Assembly: GCA_945946655.1 (NCBI GenBank) | Contig: CAMEWM010000001.1 | Coordinates: forward strand, 4,365 to 68,364 | DNA from: an uncultured Clostridium sp. | GTDB lineage: Bacteria; Bacillota; Clostridia; TANB77; CAG-508 | Direction: 5' to 3' | DNA: 64,000 bases | Part shown: one piece after another, positions 36,282 to 46,224 of the stretch | Position numbering within the stretch: the first letter of the stretch is position 1 | Layout of the letters: each line of letters starts with the position of its first letter | Program-made: the position numbers and the translations under genes | Notes under the pieces: model-generated | Database searches by the model: none | What the model was told of the DNA's origin: nothing | What the model saw: the letters and a program-made list of their open reading frames with translations, nothing else

Positions 36282-37043
36282 ATGACTAATTCTAAAAATT
36301 ATTTAAATAAAATTGTTTCTGTAAAGATTGACAGACCTTTAGGTAGCAAACATCCAAAACATGGTTTTATATACCCTGTTAACTACGGATTTATTCCCAA
36401 CACCATCAGTGGAGATAATGAAGAATTAGATTGCTATGTTTTAGGTATCTTTGAACCAGTTGATTCTTTTAGTGGAAGGTGTATTGCTATTATTCATCGT
36501 ATAAATGATAATGATGATAAGCTAGTTGTTGTTCCTGACAACACTTGTTTTTCAGATGATGAAATTAGAGTTTTAACAAAATTTCAAGAAAGATTTTTTG
36601 AAAGTATAATTATTAGAGATTCAAACTATTTAGAATTTAATAAAAATATACCTGAATTATCTGTTACCAATTTACAAAATAGCTTATATTTTTATATAAC
36701 ACTTGGATTTAAAGTTGAATATGAGCGACCTGAAAACAAGTTTGCATTTATTTCTCTCGGAAATATTCAGTTTATGTTGCAGGAGATTGTTGATGATGAA
36801 AAATGGAATCTAGCTCCGTTAACTTATCCTTTTGGAAATGGAATAAACTTTCAATTAGAGGTTGATGATATAGATACCATCTATAATAATTTACAATCAC
36901 ATAATTATAAAATTGCCTTTGATGTTGAAGAGAATTGGTATAGACAGGGTGCTAAGTTACTTGGAAACAAGGAATTTCTTGTTCAAGATCCTGATGGATA
37001 CTTATTACGTTTTTCCCAAGATTTAGGTCAGAAAGACATTTAA
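36282..37043 (+). CDS. Fusion of a short inorganic-pyrophosphatase-like domain and a VOC/bleomycin-resistance (glyoxalase-fold) domain
   Basis: N-terminus VKIDRPLGSKHPKHGFIYPVNYGFIPNTISGDNEELDCYVLG. C-terminal half has a glyoxalase_2-like pattern (YITLGFKVEYERPENKFAFISLGNIQFML...DPDGYLLRF). Confidence 0.7.
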   Translation: MTNSKNYLNKIVSVKIDRPLGSKHPKHGFIYPVNYGFIPNTISGDNEELDCYVLGIFEPVDSFSGRCIAIIHRINDNDDKLVVVPDNTCFSDDEIRVLTKFQERFFESIIIRDSNYLEFNKNIPELSVTNLQNSLYFYITLGFKVEYERPENKFAFISLGNIQFMLQEIVDDEKWNLAPLTYPFGNGINFQLEVDDIDTIYNNLQSHNYKIAFDVEENWYRQGAKLLGNKEFLVQDPDGYLLRFSQDLGQKDI

Positions 37044-37061
37044 ATGAAATTAAACTAAGTA

Positions 37062-37553
37062 TTATACATACTTAGTTTTTTCATTTCCTATTACCTCAAG
37101 CTTATCTACATATTTATTTAGCTTATTTTCAAATTCATCTCTGTTTTTTTCGAATTCATTTGACCATTTGAACATCATTTTTAACATTTCTATATTTGGC
37201 TTATAGTTTGATTTTTCTATTCCTATTTTCTGTTTTATATATCTTGCTATAATTCTTTTATTTCTTATCTTCTTTGGTATATTTAGATATATTATTTTTT
37301 CTGCCATTTCTAATAGATATTCTAGATTTTTTCTTAATACACCCTCTATTATCCAATCATTTTCTTTATTTATATCTCTTATGATTTCTTTTTGTTGTTT
37401 ATCTGTTCTTTTTTTCTTATTTATATCATCATGAACAATTGAATCTATTTCATAATATTTTATATTATACTTCTCTGATAGTTTTCTTGCTAAAGTAGTT
37501 TTGCCTGTTCCTACAGTTCCTATTATTAAAATTTTCATATTCCATTTTTCCAT
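37062..37553 (-). CDS. P-loop NTPase / nucleotide-kinase-like (topology-modulation FlaR-like) protein
   Basis: KILIIGTVGTGKTTLARKL Walker A. Size about 160 aa. Confidence 0.7.
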   Translation of the reverse strand: MEKWNMKILIIGTVGTGKTTLARKLSEKYNIKYYEIDSIVHDDINKKKRTDKQQKEIIRDINKENDWIIEGVLRKNLEYLLEMAEKIIYLNIPKKIRNKRIIARYIKQKIGIEKSNYKPNIEMLKMMFKWSNEFEKNRDEFENKLNKYVDKLEVIGNEKTKYV

Positions 37554-37622
37554 TTTTATAATTATTATATATTATATTTTACATTTGAGATTCTTTCAAC
37601 CTTATAGTTCTAAATTTTCTTT

Positions 37623-37661
37623 AAAAATTTCAAAGAGAAGTTCCAAGTCTGGAACCCCTCT
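37623..37661 (-). terminator. Rho-independent terminator after the 131-aa membrane protein gene
   Basis: Minus strand: AGAGGGGTTCCA-GACT-TGGAACTTCTCT (12-bp stem with two G-U pairs), then TTGAAATTTTT. Confidence 0.55.
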
Positions 37662-37665
37662 TCTT

Positions 37666-38061
37666 TTATGCCTCCTTTTCCTCTCTCTTTTCATCTTGGC
37701 TAGACTGCCAGCCAGCAATAACAATGACTGCTATACCGGCTAGAATCGTATACCACTTCATGTCAGTATCTACAGGTAGCTCCATTACGGCTTGCCAGCT
37801 TCCTTCCTTAATGCAGAGTATGCCAAATGACACGGCAATGATTAAGCACATTACACCTATGCTTTTTAGCATACATGCAATTCCATCTTCAATGGAATCA
37901 ACTTCCTTCATTAAAAGCCACCTCATGTAGAGGTAGAAAACAGCCGGTAGCATGCTTGTTGCTACCCATTCCAACCGACCTGCATGTAGCATGGACGAGG
38001 AGGTGATAGCCATAGAAATAATAGCTATCATATTATAAGTTACAAATGTCTTCATTTTCAT
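37666..38061 (-). CDS. Membrane protein (131 aa, about 4 TM) in the GC-richer patch
   Basis: Hydrophobic profile. Codon composition is clearly GC-richer than its neighbours. Confidence 0.55.
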   Translation of the reverse strand: MKMKTFVTYNMIAIISMAITSSSMLHAGRLEWVATSMLPAVFYLYMRWLLMKEVDSIEDGIACMLKSIGVMCLIIAVSFGILCIKEGSWQAVMELPVDTDMKWYTILAGIAVIVIAGWQSSQDEKREEKEA

Positions 38062-38170
38062 TTGAAGACCTCCCTTCCTATTTGAAAGGTTTACAAGTTA
38101 CTCCTTATATTATATCATAGTTCACATAATTAGTCAACTGTCATCAATTTTATTTATCGTTTGTAAGTAT

Positions 38171-38204
38171 AAAACACAAAGGAGGGGGAAATTTATCCCC
38201 CTCC
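38171..38204 (-). terminator. Rho-independent terminator of the MBL/DUF3006 pair
   Basis: Perfect 9-bp stem GGAGGGGGA/TCCCCCTCC (38181-38189 with 38196-38204), followed on the minus strand by TTTGTGTTTT. Confidence 0.65.
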
Positions 38205-38233
38205 ACTGTGCGTGCTCGGTTATATTAGCCTAT

Positions 38234-38506
38234 TTAGATGATAGCTTGCATCAGCGCGGTGCGCCTTGCTTTTTCTTCTTCATCCTTTTGGCAAACCTCA
38301 ACCACAGTTTCATCATTGTGTGTCGCAATGAATACATCACCTTCATACACAGGTCCACAGTTTTCAAACTTTTCCATCGGAACGTCGACCATTATAGTTT
38401 CCTTTTTCCAATAGTCTTCTGTCCTGCTGTCTTCAATCCAAATCATTTCAAGTTCACAGACTGCTATGTCTCCCTCTACTCTGTCTACTGACATATAGCT
38501 TATCAT
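38234..38506 (-). CDS. DUF3006-like small protein
   Basis: 90 aa. VDRVEGDIAVCE N-terminal pattern. Overlaps by 4 nt and follows an MBL-fold ComEC-like gene, the usual DUF3006 context. Confidence 0.6.
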   Translation of the reverse strand: MISYMSVDRVEGDIAVCELEMIWIEDSRTEDYWKKETIMVDVPMEKFENCGPVYEGDVFIATHNDETVVEVCQKDEEEKARRTALMQAII

Positions 38507-39555
38507 TGTTTTTCCCTTTCTTTTAGCTCAGTCCCGCTCAGGTAATCTCCAGGCTCACAGTTAAAGCTTACATCATCAGATGTTATTGTTGCTATAACTG
38601 TTCCGTTTTCATCAGTCCGATAAACCTCGACATTACTTTCTTGTAGTTTTTCCATTGTTGTCTTAGTCGGATGTTTATAACTGTTGCCAAGTTCTGCAGA
38701 TATAAGAGCATAATCTGGACTTACACTTTCTAAAAAGAATTCACTTGTTGACGTGTTGCTCCCATGATGCCCTACTTTTAGTATTTCGGCATCAATATCA
38801 TCGCCATTTGCTAAAATTGTGTTTTCAACCTCTTCTTCTGCATCTCCCGTCATTATTATGTCCATTTCTCCGAATGAAACTTTTAAAACGGTAGAATAAT
38901 TATTGAGGTTTCCATCTTGTGGCGTACATATTGGTCCAATGATATTAATTGATGCATCGCCTAAATTGTAGGTCATTCCATAAGTTGCTGTTTCAAGTTC
39001 ATATCCTTGAGTCTTTATCATCGTCATGAGTTTAATGTACCAGTTCGTACTCACTTCGCCACTTTTTACTTCTGGCAATATAATTTTGCCAATGTCGAAG
39101 TTAGTTATGACGTCGTACATTCCACCCATATGATCCTCATGAGGATGAGTACCAAATAGGTAATCAATCTTGCTTATGCCAAGCTGATTCAGATATTCAA
39201 CCACGTCCTTTCCTGTTTCCCGTGTTCCGCAATCAATCAGTGCGGTCTGTCCATCTTGGACAAGTAAAAATGAGTCTCCTTGTCCTACATCAAACATATA
39301 CAGCATGAGCTCTTCTTTATCTTCATCTGCTGTTGATTCGCTCATGTCGCTTTCGTTGTCCGACATTTCTGTCGACGTTGAAATAGTGTCATTCTCCGTA
39401 GACACCGAAGTTGCACTATTCTCTGTGGATGTTGGTGTGCTGTTACCAAGGGTATTGTCAAACAAATTAACCCCTAGTACTATTGCTAATACCAAACCAA
39501 TAACACTAGCTGCAAGTTTTGCTAACTTTTTCCGATCGCTGTTGCCATTTGTCAT
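38503..39555 (-). CDS. Membrane-anchored MBL-fold metallo-hydrolase (ComEC C-terminal-domain-like)
   Basis: N-terminal TM, S/T/E-rich linker, FDVGQGDSFL, HPHEDHMGG (HxHxDH), later HHGS. Confidence 0.85.
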   Translation of the reverse strand: MTNGNSDRKKLAKLAASVIGLVLAIVLGVNLFDNTLGNSTPTSTENSATSVSTENDTISTSTEMSDNESDMSESTADEDKEELMLYMFDVGQGDSFLLVQDGQTALIDCGTRETGKDVVEYLNQLGISKIDYLFGTHPHEDHMGGMYDVITNFDIGKIILPEVKSGEVSTNWYIKLMTMIKTQGYELETATYGMTYNLGDASINIIGPICTPQDGNLNNYSTVLKVSFGEMDIIMTGDAEEEVENTILANGDDIDAEILKVGHHGSNTSTSEFFLESVSPDYALISAELGNSYKHPTKTTMEKLQESNVEVYRTDENGTVIATITSDDVSFNCEPGDYLSGTELKEREKQ

Positions 39556-39676
39556 GTGCGATCCCTCCTTTCAGTTAGTCTTACTATTATATCATAAAAT
39601 AGTTATTAACGCAAACTCCGAATTTGTTATTGCCATCTTTCTTAGTTTGTATTATTATTGTATTGGAGGAATTTAT

Positions 39677-40327
39677 ATGATAGGTAATTCTGTTAATTAT
39701 GATAAAGAATATAAAGAAAATCAATCTATATGGGGCACTGCTAAGTTAGATGATTCTTTAAAAAGATATTTGAAACTACTCGACGGCAAAAATGTGTTAG
39801 ATTTAGGAATCGGTGAAGGTAATAATTCTATAAGTCTTTCTAATTTAGGTTTTAACGTTACTGGAATAGATTCTTCCAAAAAGGCTTTAGATATCTGTAA
39901 ATCCAATTCGAATAATATTAAATTAATAAATGATGATATTAGAAATTATAAAATTGCTAAAGATGAATTTAACTTAATACTTTCTAGATATGCTTTACAT
40001 TTTCTGCATAAAGATGAGGTTTTGACTATTGTGAATGAAATTAAGGAAAATTTATCGGTTAATGGTTTAGTATACATTGCAGTGTTCTCTACAAGTGATC
40101 CTGGAAATTCTAGATTGTACTCTAATCCTAATTATGAGTATGTTTCTAATAACATTTTTCATGATAAAGTCAATAATACCTATATGAGTTACTTTTCTCA
40201 ACCTGAAATATTAGGCCTCTTTTCTGGATTTGAAACAATATTAATTTCTGAAGAATATAGCTTAGATTTAGGTCATGATGCACCTCATTACCACGGTGTT
40301 ATAAAATATATTGGAAGGAAGATTTAA
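39677..40327 (+). CDS. Class I SAM-dependent methyltransferase (TehB-like)
   Basis: ATG at 39677 behind GGAGGA. Motif I VLDLGIGEGNNS. The longer track ORF (from 39305) is antisense read-through of the MBL gene. Confidence 0.8.
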   Translation: MIGNSVNYDKEYKENQSIWGTAKLDDSLKRYLKLLDGKNVLDLGIGEGNNSISLSNLGFNVTGIDSSKKALDICKSNSNNIKLINDDIRNYKIAKDEFNLILSRYALHFLHKDEVLTIVNEIKENLSVNGLVYIAVFSTSDPGNSRLYSNPNYEYVSNNIFHDKVNNTYMSYFSQPEILGLFSGFETILISEEYSLDLGHDAPHYHGVIKYIGRKI

Positions 40328-40331
40328 TAAT

Positions 40332-40844
40332 ATGGAAATACGTGATTTATATGATATTAATAGAAATTTAACTGGAGAAACAATAAAAAAGGGAGATCCA
40401 ATCCCTCCTAACAGATATATTTTAGTTGTACTATCTTTTATTCAAAATTCTAAAGGTGAATTTTTAATTCAAAAAAGGAGTATCCAAAAAGATGGAAAAT
40501 ATGGTTCAACTGGTGGACATCCAAAATCTGGAGAGTCAAGTGAACAGGGCATTATAACAGAAATAAAAGAAGAATTAGGAATTGACATCTTACCTGAAGA
40601 ATTGGATTTGCTTTTTGCTGGAAGATCAGATTCTGAGCAAGTATTTTTCAATGTCTATTATATACAAAAAGATTTTGATATAGAATCATTAGCTTTACAA
40701 AAAGATGAGGTTGACTTTGTAGAGTGGATGACATTGGATCAAATTAAAGATTTAATCGACAAAGGTCTATTCTTAAAAAATCACGTTGAAGAAGTTTATA
40801 GAATGATTGATATATTTAAAAAACGTGGAATTATTCTTAAGTAA
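40332..40844 (+). CDS. NUDIX hydrolase
   Basis: Nudix box GGHPKSGESSEQGIITEIKEELGI. Confidence 0.85.
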   Translation: MEIRDLYDINRNLTGETIKKGDPIPPNRYILVVLSFIQNSKGEFLIQKRSIQKDGKYGSTGGHPKSGESSEQGIITEIKEELGIDILPEELDLLFAGRSDSEQVFFNVYYIQKDFDIESLALQKDEVDFVEWMTLDQIKDLIDKGLFLKNHVEEVYRMIDIFKKRGIILK

Positions 40845-40899
40845 ATAAAAAAGTAAATGTTTTCTTAAACTGAATAACATTTACTTTCTTATTTTCTAT

Positions 40900-42012
40900 T
40901 TATCTTGTTAATTTATCATAAATTTCTGACGCTTTTTTATCAAATTCTTCTCTATTTTGAATTAAATCTCTTAACTCTTTTAAATAGTTATCATACGCTT
41001 TATTTTCAACATATTGAGTTATTGTAGCATACCCATTTATTCCAAATTTTTCCACAGCATGTTCATATGCTCTTTCTATCTGTTGTCTTTTATTTAATTC
41101 TTTATAATGTTCTAAGCCATATGCTATACTTCTTTCAAAGAAATCATCTATATCTATGTTTTTATCAGCAGATGTAAGTATTTTACCATAAATACTTCTT
41201 GGTTCTCTTCCTGATGAAGCTCGATGATCTTCTATCGCTTCTTTTATAATTCTCTTCTCATTCTCATCAAAAAATTCATCTAGTTTTTTATCTGCATACA
41301 TCATCTGCGCAGAGACAATTTCGTGATGTTCCCTGTCTATATGATCACCTATATCATGATATGCAGCTGCTGTATATAAAATATTGTAATTCACATGATA
41401 TTTCTTTGCAATTTCCATTGCTCTATTTATTACTCCTTTGATATGTTCCAAACCATGAGATTTTCCATTAAGTTTATATTGCGGGAACACTTCATTTTCA
41501 ATATATAGTTTTAACTTTTCTTCAATTGCTGGCATATCATTATTAACTATATGCTCAAAGTGTTTGTTTTCTTTTAATACTTTTTTCATTGCTTCTGGCA
41601 CAAAGTTTAAATTATCTATGTTTTCTATATCTATCCATAAGAATTCTAACTTTCCCTTTTTTTCTGGTTCTGCAGGCTCATATCTATCTTTTGCATATAT
41701 TTTTTCATTTTTAAATTTTAATTCATGTGTCATTAATAATTCATGGTATTCTTTGCCTTTCATTATAAAAAAGTTCTCTATAAAAGATACTGGTCTTATA
41801 TATTCAGTTTCTAAATCCATTTCTTCTTTTATTTCTCGTTGTAGTGCTTCTATACTACTTTCTCCCTCTTTTACTCTACCTCCTGGTAAAGTAAAATGTT
41901 CTGAACCAATAGAATGATGTACCAGAACTTTATTTTTCTTTTTTATAATTGCTGATACTCTATAATTTAATAAATGTTCTCCAACATTAACAGAAATATC
42001 TGCCTTTGCCAT
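40900..42012 (-). CDS. NUDIX-HD two-domain phosphohydrolase
   Basis: Nudix box PGGRVKEGESSIEALQREIKEEMDL. C-terminal HD domain (HGLEHIKGV ... AAAYHDIGD). Confidence 0.8.
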   Translation of the reverse strand: MAKADISVNVGEHLLNYRVSAIIKKKNKVLVHHSIGSEHFTLPGGRVKEGESSIEALQREIKEEMDLETEYIRPVSFIENFFIMKGKEYHELLMTHELKFKNEKIYAKDRYEPAEPEKKGKLEFLWIDIENIDNLNFVPEAMKKVLKENKHFEHIVNNDMPAIEEKLKLYIENEVFPQYKLNGKSHGLEHIKGVINRAMEIAKKYHVNYNILYTAAAYHDIGDHIDREHHEIVSAQMMYADKKLDEFFDENEKRIIKEAIEDHRASSGREPRSIYGKILTSADKNIDIDDFFERSIAYGLEHYKELNKRQQIERAYEHAVEKFGINGYATITQYVENKAYDNYLKELRDLIQNREEFDKKASEIYDKLTR

Positions 42013-42033
42013 AAAATATCCTCCACTAGTAAT

Positions 42034-42600
42034 TTATATATTTTTATTTCTTATATATGATCCCGAAAATTCTTCTTTTAGTATGTCCATTCCAACTATA
42101 TCATAATATTTTCCATCCACATATCTGCATTGTCTTATTCTGCCATATTCTTTAAATCCACATTTTTGATAACATTTTTGAGCTCTTTCATTAAAAGCCA
42201 TTACATCAAGTCTAACACTATGTAAATTTATATAATTAAATCCATAATCTAGTATTAACTTAATTGCTTCTGTGCCATACCCATTATTTCTATAATCTTT
42301 ATCTCCTATAAAAATGCCTAATATTGCATCTTTATTGATTAAATTGATATGCTCTAATGATACTGTTCCTATAAGTTTATCTCCATCTAAAGTAACTATT
42401 GCAAATTTTGCTTCATTTTCATTTTTTGTTTTGTTTTCTAAATATTCTTGTTCTCCAGATAATGTTGTTATCATTCCACTTCTACCTAGATAATCCGTTG
42501 TGTCAAAATCATTAAGCCATTGCGTAAAGATTTCTGCATCTTCTGTACTCATTGGAGATAAATAAATTCTGTCTCCTACTATTTTTTTGAAATATTTCAT
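42034..42600 (-). CDS. GNAT family N-acetyltransferase (RimJ/RimL-like)
   Basis: RNNGYGTEAIKLILDYGF acetyl-CoA-binding motif. 188 aa. Confidence 0.8.
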   Translation of the reverse strand: MKYFKKIVGDRIYLSPMSTEDAEIFTQWLNDFDTTDYLGRSGMITTLSGEQEYLENKTKNENEAKFAIVTLDGDKLIGTVSLEHINLINKDAILGIFIGDKDYRNNGYGTEAIKLILDYGFNYINLHSVRLDVMAFNERAQKCYQKCGFKEYGRIRQCRYVDGKYYDIVGMDILKEEFSGSYIRNKNI

Positions 42601-42609
42601 CTTGCCTCC

Positions 42610-43770
42610 TTATAATATTTTACTTATCAATTGATTCATTTCTTCTATATTGTTTTCTTTCATTGCTGATTTTATTGTAACCATTGGTTCTATTATTTCT
42701 ATATTTTTCATTTCAGAAAGTATAGCTTCCATACATTTACCTGCTGATGGTGCCCATGAGCCATTTTCTATTATTCCAACTTTTCTATTTTGATAGTTTC
42801 TGTCCCTTAGTTTTGTTAAGAAATGTTCCATTGGAGGAAAGACTCTTGCATTATAGCTTGATGCTGCTAAAACAACTTTGCTGTATCTAAAAGCATCTTC
42901 AACTGCTTCATCTATGTCATCATTTGCTAAGTCTGTTAATACTACTTTCTCTACTCCTTTTTCTTTTAACATTTCTTCTAACTTTTTAGCTACTTCCATT
43001 GTATGTCCATATATAGATGCACAAGCTATTAAAACGCCCTCATCTTCTGGTTTATAGCTACTCCATGTATCGTATTTATTTATATAATATTCCAAGTTTT
43101 CTGTTAATACTGGACCATGTAATGGGCATATTGTTTTTATATCTAAATTTTTAGCTTTATTTAGTAAAACCTGTACAGATGCTCCAAACTTTCCGACTAT
43201 TCCAAAATAATATCTACGTGCTTCGCATGCCCAATCGTAATCATCATCTATTATTCCAAATTTTCCAAAAGCATCTGCTGAAAATAGGACCTTTTCAGTT
43301 TGTTCATAAGTTACCATTACTTCTGGCCAATGTACCATTGGCGCCATTATGAATTGTAGAGTATGTTTTCCAATATTTAATGTATCTCCTTCTTTTACTG
43401 TCATTTTTTTGATGTCTGGATTTATATCAAAAAATTGTGGTAGCATTTCGAATGTTTTAGCATTTCCAACTAGTATAGTGTTTGGATATTTATCTAGGAA
43501 GATTTTTATACTCCCTGCATGGTCTGGCTCTAAATGAGATATTACAAGATAGTCTATGTTTCTTCCTTGTAATTCATTTTCTAGATTTTGTAGCCATGCG
43601 TCAGTTTTTCTTCTATCTATTGTGTCCATTACAACTACCTTTTCATCTTTTATTAAATATGAGTTGTATGCCATTCCATTTGGTAAATTGTATTGATTTT
43701 CAAATATTTTTAGTTCGTCGTCATTTGCCCCTATATATCTAATTGAATCTGATATTTCTATATTTTTCAT
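42610..43770 (-). CDS. FprA-type flavodiiron protein (MBL-like plus flavodoxin-like domains)
   Basis: ISHLEPDHAG diiron motif. C-terminal flavodoxin-like half. About 390 aa. Confidence 0.8.
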   Translation of the reverse strand: MKNIEISDSIRYIGANDDELKIFENQYNLPNGMAYNSYLIKDEKVVVMDTIDRRKTDAWLQNLENELQGRNIDYLVISHLEPDHAGSIKIFLDKYPNTILVGNAKTFEMLPQFFDINPDIKKMTVKEGDTLNIGKHTLQFIMAPMVHWPEVMVTYEQTEKVLFSADAFGKFGIIDDDYDWACEARRYYFGIVGKFGASVQVLLNKAKNLDIKTICPLHGPVLTENLEYYINKYDTWSSYKPEDEGVLIACASIYGHTMEVAKKLEEMLKEKGVEKVVLTDLANDDIDEAVEDAFRYSKVVLAASSYNARVFPPMEHFLTKLRDRNYQNRKVGIIENGSWAPSAGKCMEAILSEMKNIEIIEPMVTIKSAMKENNIEEMNQLISKIL

Positions 43771-43875
43771 AAAATCTCCTCCACATGATTTTTATAGTAG
43801 TCAATAAATAATTTTTACATGTTCTTAACCTGCTTATATCTTAACACTTCAGAAGCATTTTTTCCATACTTTGCA

Positions 43876-43905
43876 TAAAAAATACATGGATTTTACTCCA
43901 TGTAT
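43876..43905 (-). terminator. Rho-independent terminator of hup
   Basis: Stem ATACATGGA/TCCATGTAT (43882-43890 with 43897-43905), then TTTTTT on the minus strand. Confidence 0.65.
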
Positions 43906-43939
43906 GCATATGAATTCATATTTTATATATTAATTCAAA

Positions 43940-44218
43940 TTATTTTTTATTAACTAAATCTTTTAATGCTTTTCCAGCTTTGAATACTGGTGCTTTTGAT
44001 GCAGGTATTTTGATTTCTTCTTTAGTTTGTGGATTTCTTCCTTTTCTAGCTGCTCTTTTTCTAACTTCGAAAGATCCAAATCCTACTAATTGAACTTTTT
44101 CTCCTTTAACTAAAGAATCTGTTACAACATCAACAAATGCATTTAATGTTGCTTCTGCATCTTTCTTTGTGCTTCCTGTCTTAGCAGCCATTGCTGCGAT
44201 TAAATCAGATTTGTTCAT
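43940..44218 (-). CDS. hup: HU-family DNA-binding protein
   Basis: [28 protein letters not shown]...[41 protein letters not shown] is a canonical HU sequence. Confidence 0.92.
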   Translation of the reverse strand: MNKSDLIAAMAAKTGSTKKDAEATLNAFVDVVTDSLVKGEKVQLVGFGSFEVRKRAARKGRNPQTKEEIKIPASKAPVFKAGKALKDLVNKK

Positions 44219-44440
44219 TTAAATTACCTCCTAATAAGATTGTATATGTAGATATAAATTGCATCTACTATTAACATTATTCGCCAATCTTTGATAAAAT
44301 CCTTCTTTTTTTTAAGATATTTTTTGTCAAACGGTTTTGTCTCTAAGAGTTTTGGGATTTTATATTTTAAAGTTGGCTATTTTCAATGGTTTCGAAGTTT
44401 TAGCTTTGCAAAATTTTACATTAATATTTTTATTAAACCT

Positions 44441-46051
44441 TTATTTTTTACTTATTTTACTATAAAACGGTAACATATATAGCTCATCTTTATCAAATAC
44501 TTTTACAATAATCAATGATATTACATAGACTAATATTGCTATTATAATTGCTAATAGTATAGCAATATTTTGCATAATTATACCTTTTAAGAAATTATAT
44601 ACATACATACTAGATATCCCCATTAATAAACTTGCAATAATTGGCTTAATTATAAATTTATCAATATAAAATTTAATCTTAACATTTTTCTTTAAAATTA
44701 CAAGACTAATAGTCATAGATATTACATGGCATATAACCGTTGCAATGGCAGCACCAGCTATTCCTCCAAAAATAAATTTTTCTGGATTTATTTTTATTAA
44801 TATTAGGTTAAGTATAAGTTTTACCAATACTCCAACACTTAGAGATATAACTGGTGCATTTACTTTCCCTAACCCTTGTAATGCTCCATTTACAGTCTGT
44901 TCCACAGTTATAAATATTATTGAAATACTGCTTATTTTATATATAAATTCTCCACTACTTGCATTTGGAAATAGCATCTCTAAAATTGGTTTTGCAAATA
45001 TTATCATTCCTACACTGCACGGAAGTCCTATTAATATTGTTACTAACATAGAAAATGATATTCTTTTTTCTATGCTCCTATTATCCATTCTTGCTTTCGC
45101 AGCAGAGATTGCGGGAACTAGAGCTGTAGCAAAAGCTATATTAAATGATAATGGAAAAGTTACTAATGTATCAATCTTCCCACTTAGTATACCATATTGA
45201 ATTTTTGCCTGTTCCTCTGACATAAATGTTTTTAATCCTCTTACTACTGTTACTGAATCTATATTTTTATTTAAAGATCCTAAAATTGCACTAATTGTAA
45301 GTGGCATTGCAATTATTATTATTTTTTTTACTATTTGAAGTGTCCTTATACTTTTATAATTCTTTATATTTTCACTTTTTCTATCATATTTAACATTTTT
45401 TATATATAACGAAAATAAATATACAAAACTTATAAAAGTTGCTATTGTAGTAGCTAAATTTGCCCCAGCGGCCATAATTCCAGTAGTTTCTTGATATCCC
45501 ATCAAGAAACATATTAATTCAACTATTGCGATAGTGCATATTGTTTTACTAAATTGTTCTATTGTTTGAGATGCAGCCATAGGTCTCATATTTTCATATC
45601 CATTAAAATATCCTCTTAATACCGAAATCAAAGATACAAAGAAGATTGATGGAGCTAATATCATCAGAGTGAGCTTGGCTTCTGGTATTTGTAGCCATAC
45701 ATTCGCAATAAATTCACTACTAAAAAACAATAACAACGAACCAGAAAATCCAACTATTGAAAAAAAAGCAAAAGCTACTTTAAATATCTTTTCTGCTCCT
45801 CTATTATCACCAACAGATAATTTCTCTGAGATTAATTTTGCAACTGCGTTAGGTACACCTATAGATGATATAGTAAGAAGTAATGCATAAATCTGAAATC
45901 CACTGTTATAAATAGCATTACCAGCATCTCCAAATCCTTTTTTATTTGTTAGGTATAGTTTATATATTAGTCCTAAAATCTTTATTAAAACTTGTGAAAG
46001 CATTAAAGTCATAATTCCCTGCATGAAGCTTTGTTTTCTGTTTCTTTGCAT
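44441..46051 (-). CDS. MOP-superfamily polysaccharide/lipid II flippase (SpoVB/MurJ-like)
   Basis: ATG at 46051 behind AGGAGG. About 14 TM segments. The N-terminal FMQGIMTLMLSQVLIKILGLIYKLYL pattern is typical of SpoVB-like proteins. Confidence 0.75.
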   Translation of the reverse strand: MQRNRKQSFMQGIMTLMLSQVLIKILGLIYKLYLTNKKGFGDAGNAIYNSGFQIYALLLTISSIGVPNAVAKLISEKLSVGDNRGAEKIFKVAFAFFSIVGFSGSLLLFFSSEFIANVWLQIPEAKLTLMILAPSIFFVSLISVLRGYFNGYENMRPMAASQTIEQFSKTICTIAIVELICFLMGYQETTGIMAAGANLATTIATFISFVYLFSLYIKNVKYDRKSENIKNYKSIRTLQIVKKIIIIAMPLTISAILGSLNKNIDSVTVVRGLKTFMSEEQAKIQYGILSGKIDTLVTFPLSFNIAFATALVPAISAAKARMDNRSIEKRISFSMLVTILIGLPCSVGMIIFAKPILEMLFPNASSGEFIYKISSISIIFITVEQTVNGALQGLGKVNAPVISLSVGVLVKLILNLILIKINPEKFIFGGIAGAAIATVICHVISMTISLVILKKNVKIKFYIDKFIIKPIIASLLMGISSMYVYNFLKGIIMQNIAILLAIIIAILVYVISLIIVKVFDKDELYMLPFYSKISKK

Positions 46052-46224
46052 ATTTTCCTCCTCTTTCTCATTTATAGAAATATATTCTAAAATACCCAAT
46101 CTATTACATAGTAACTTTTTCATAAAAATCATAATAAAAATATGACAAAATTGCTTAAACTACTTGTTTTTTTCTTGATTTTATAGGATAATATATATGT
46201 AAAAATATTAAGTAATGAAATAAT

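Noticed and set aside
39305-39676. N-terminal 124-aa extension of the methyltransferase ORF (the track ORF starts at 39305).
   Set aside because: The extension is antisense to the MBL-fold gene and is low-complexity Ser/Val-rich. A strong GGAGGA RBS precedes the internal ATG at 39677.
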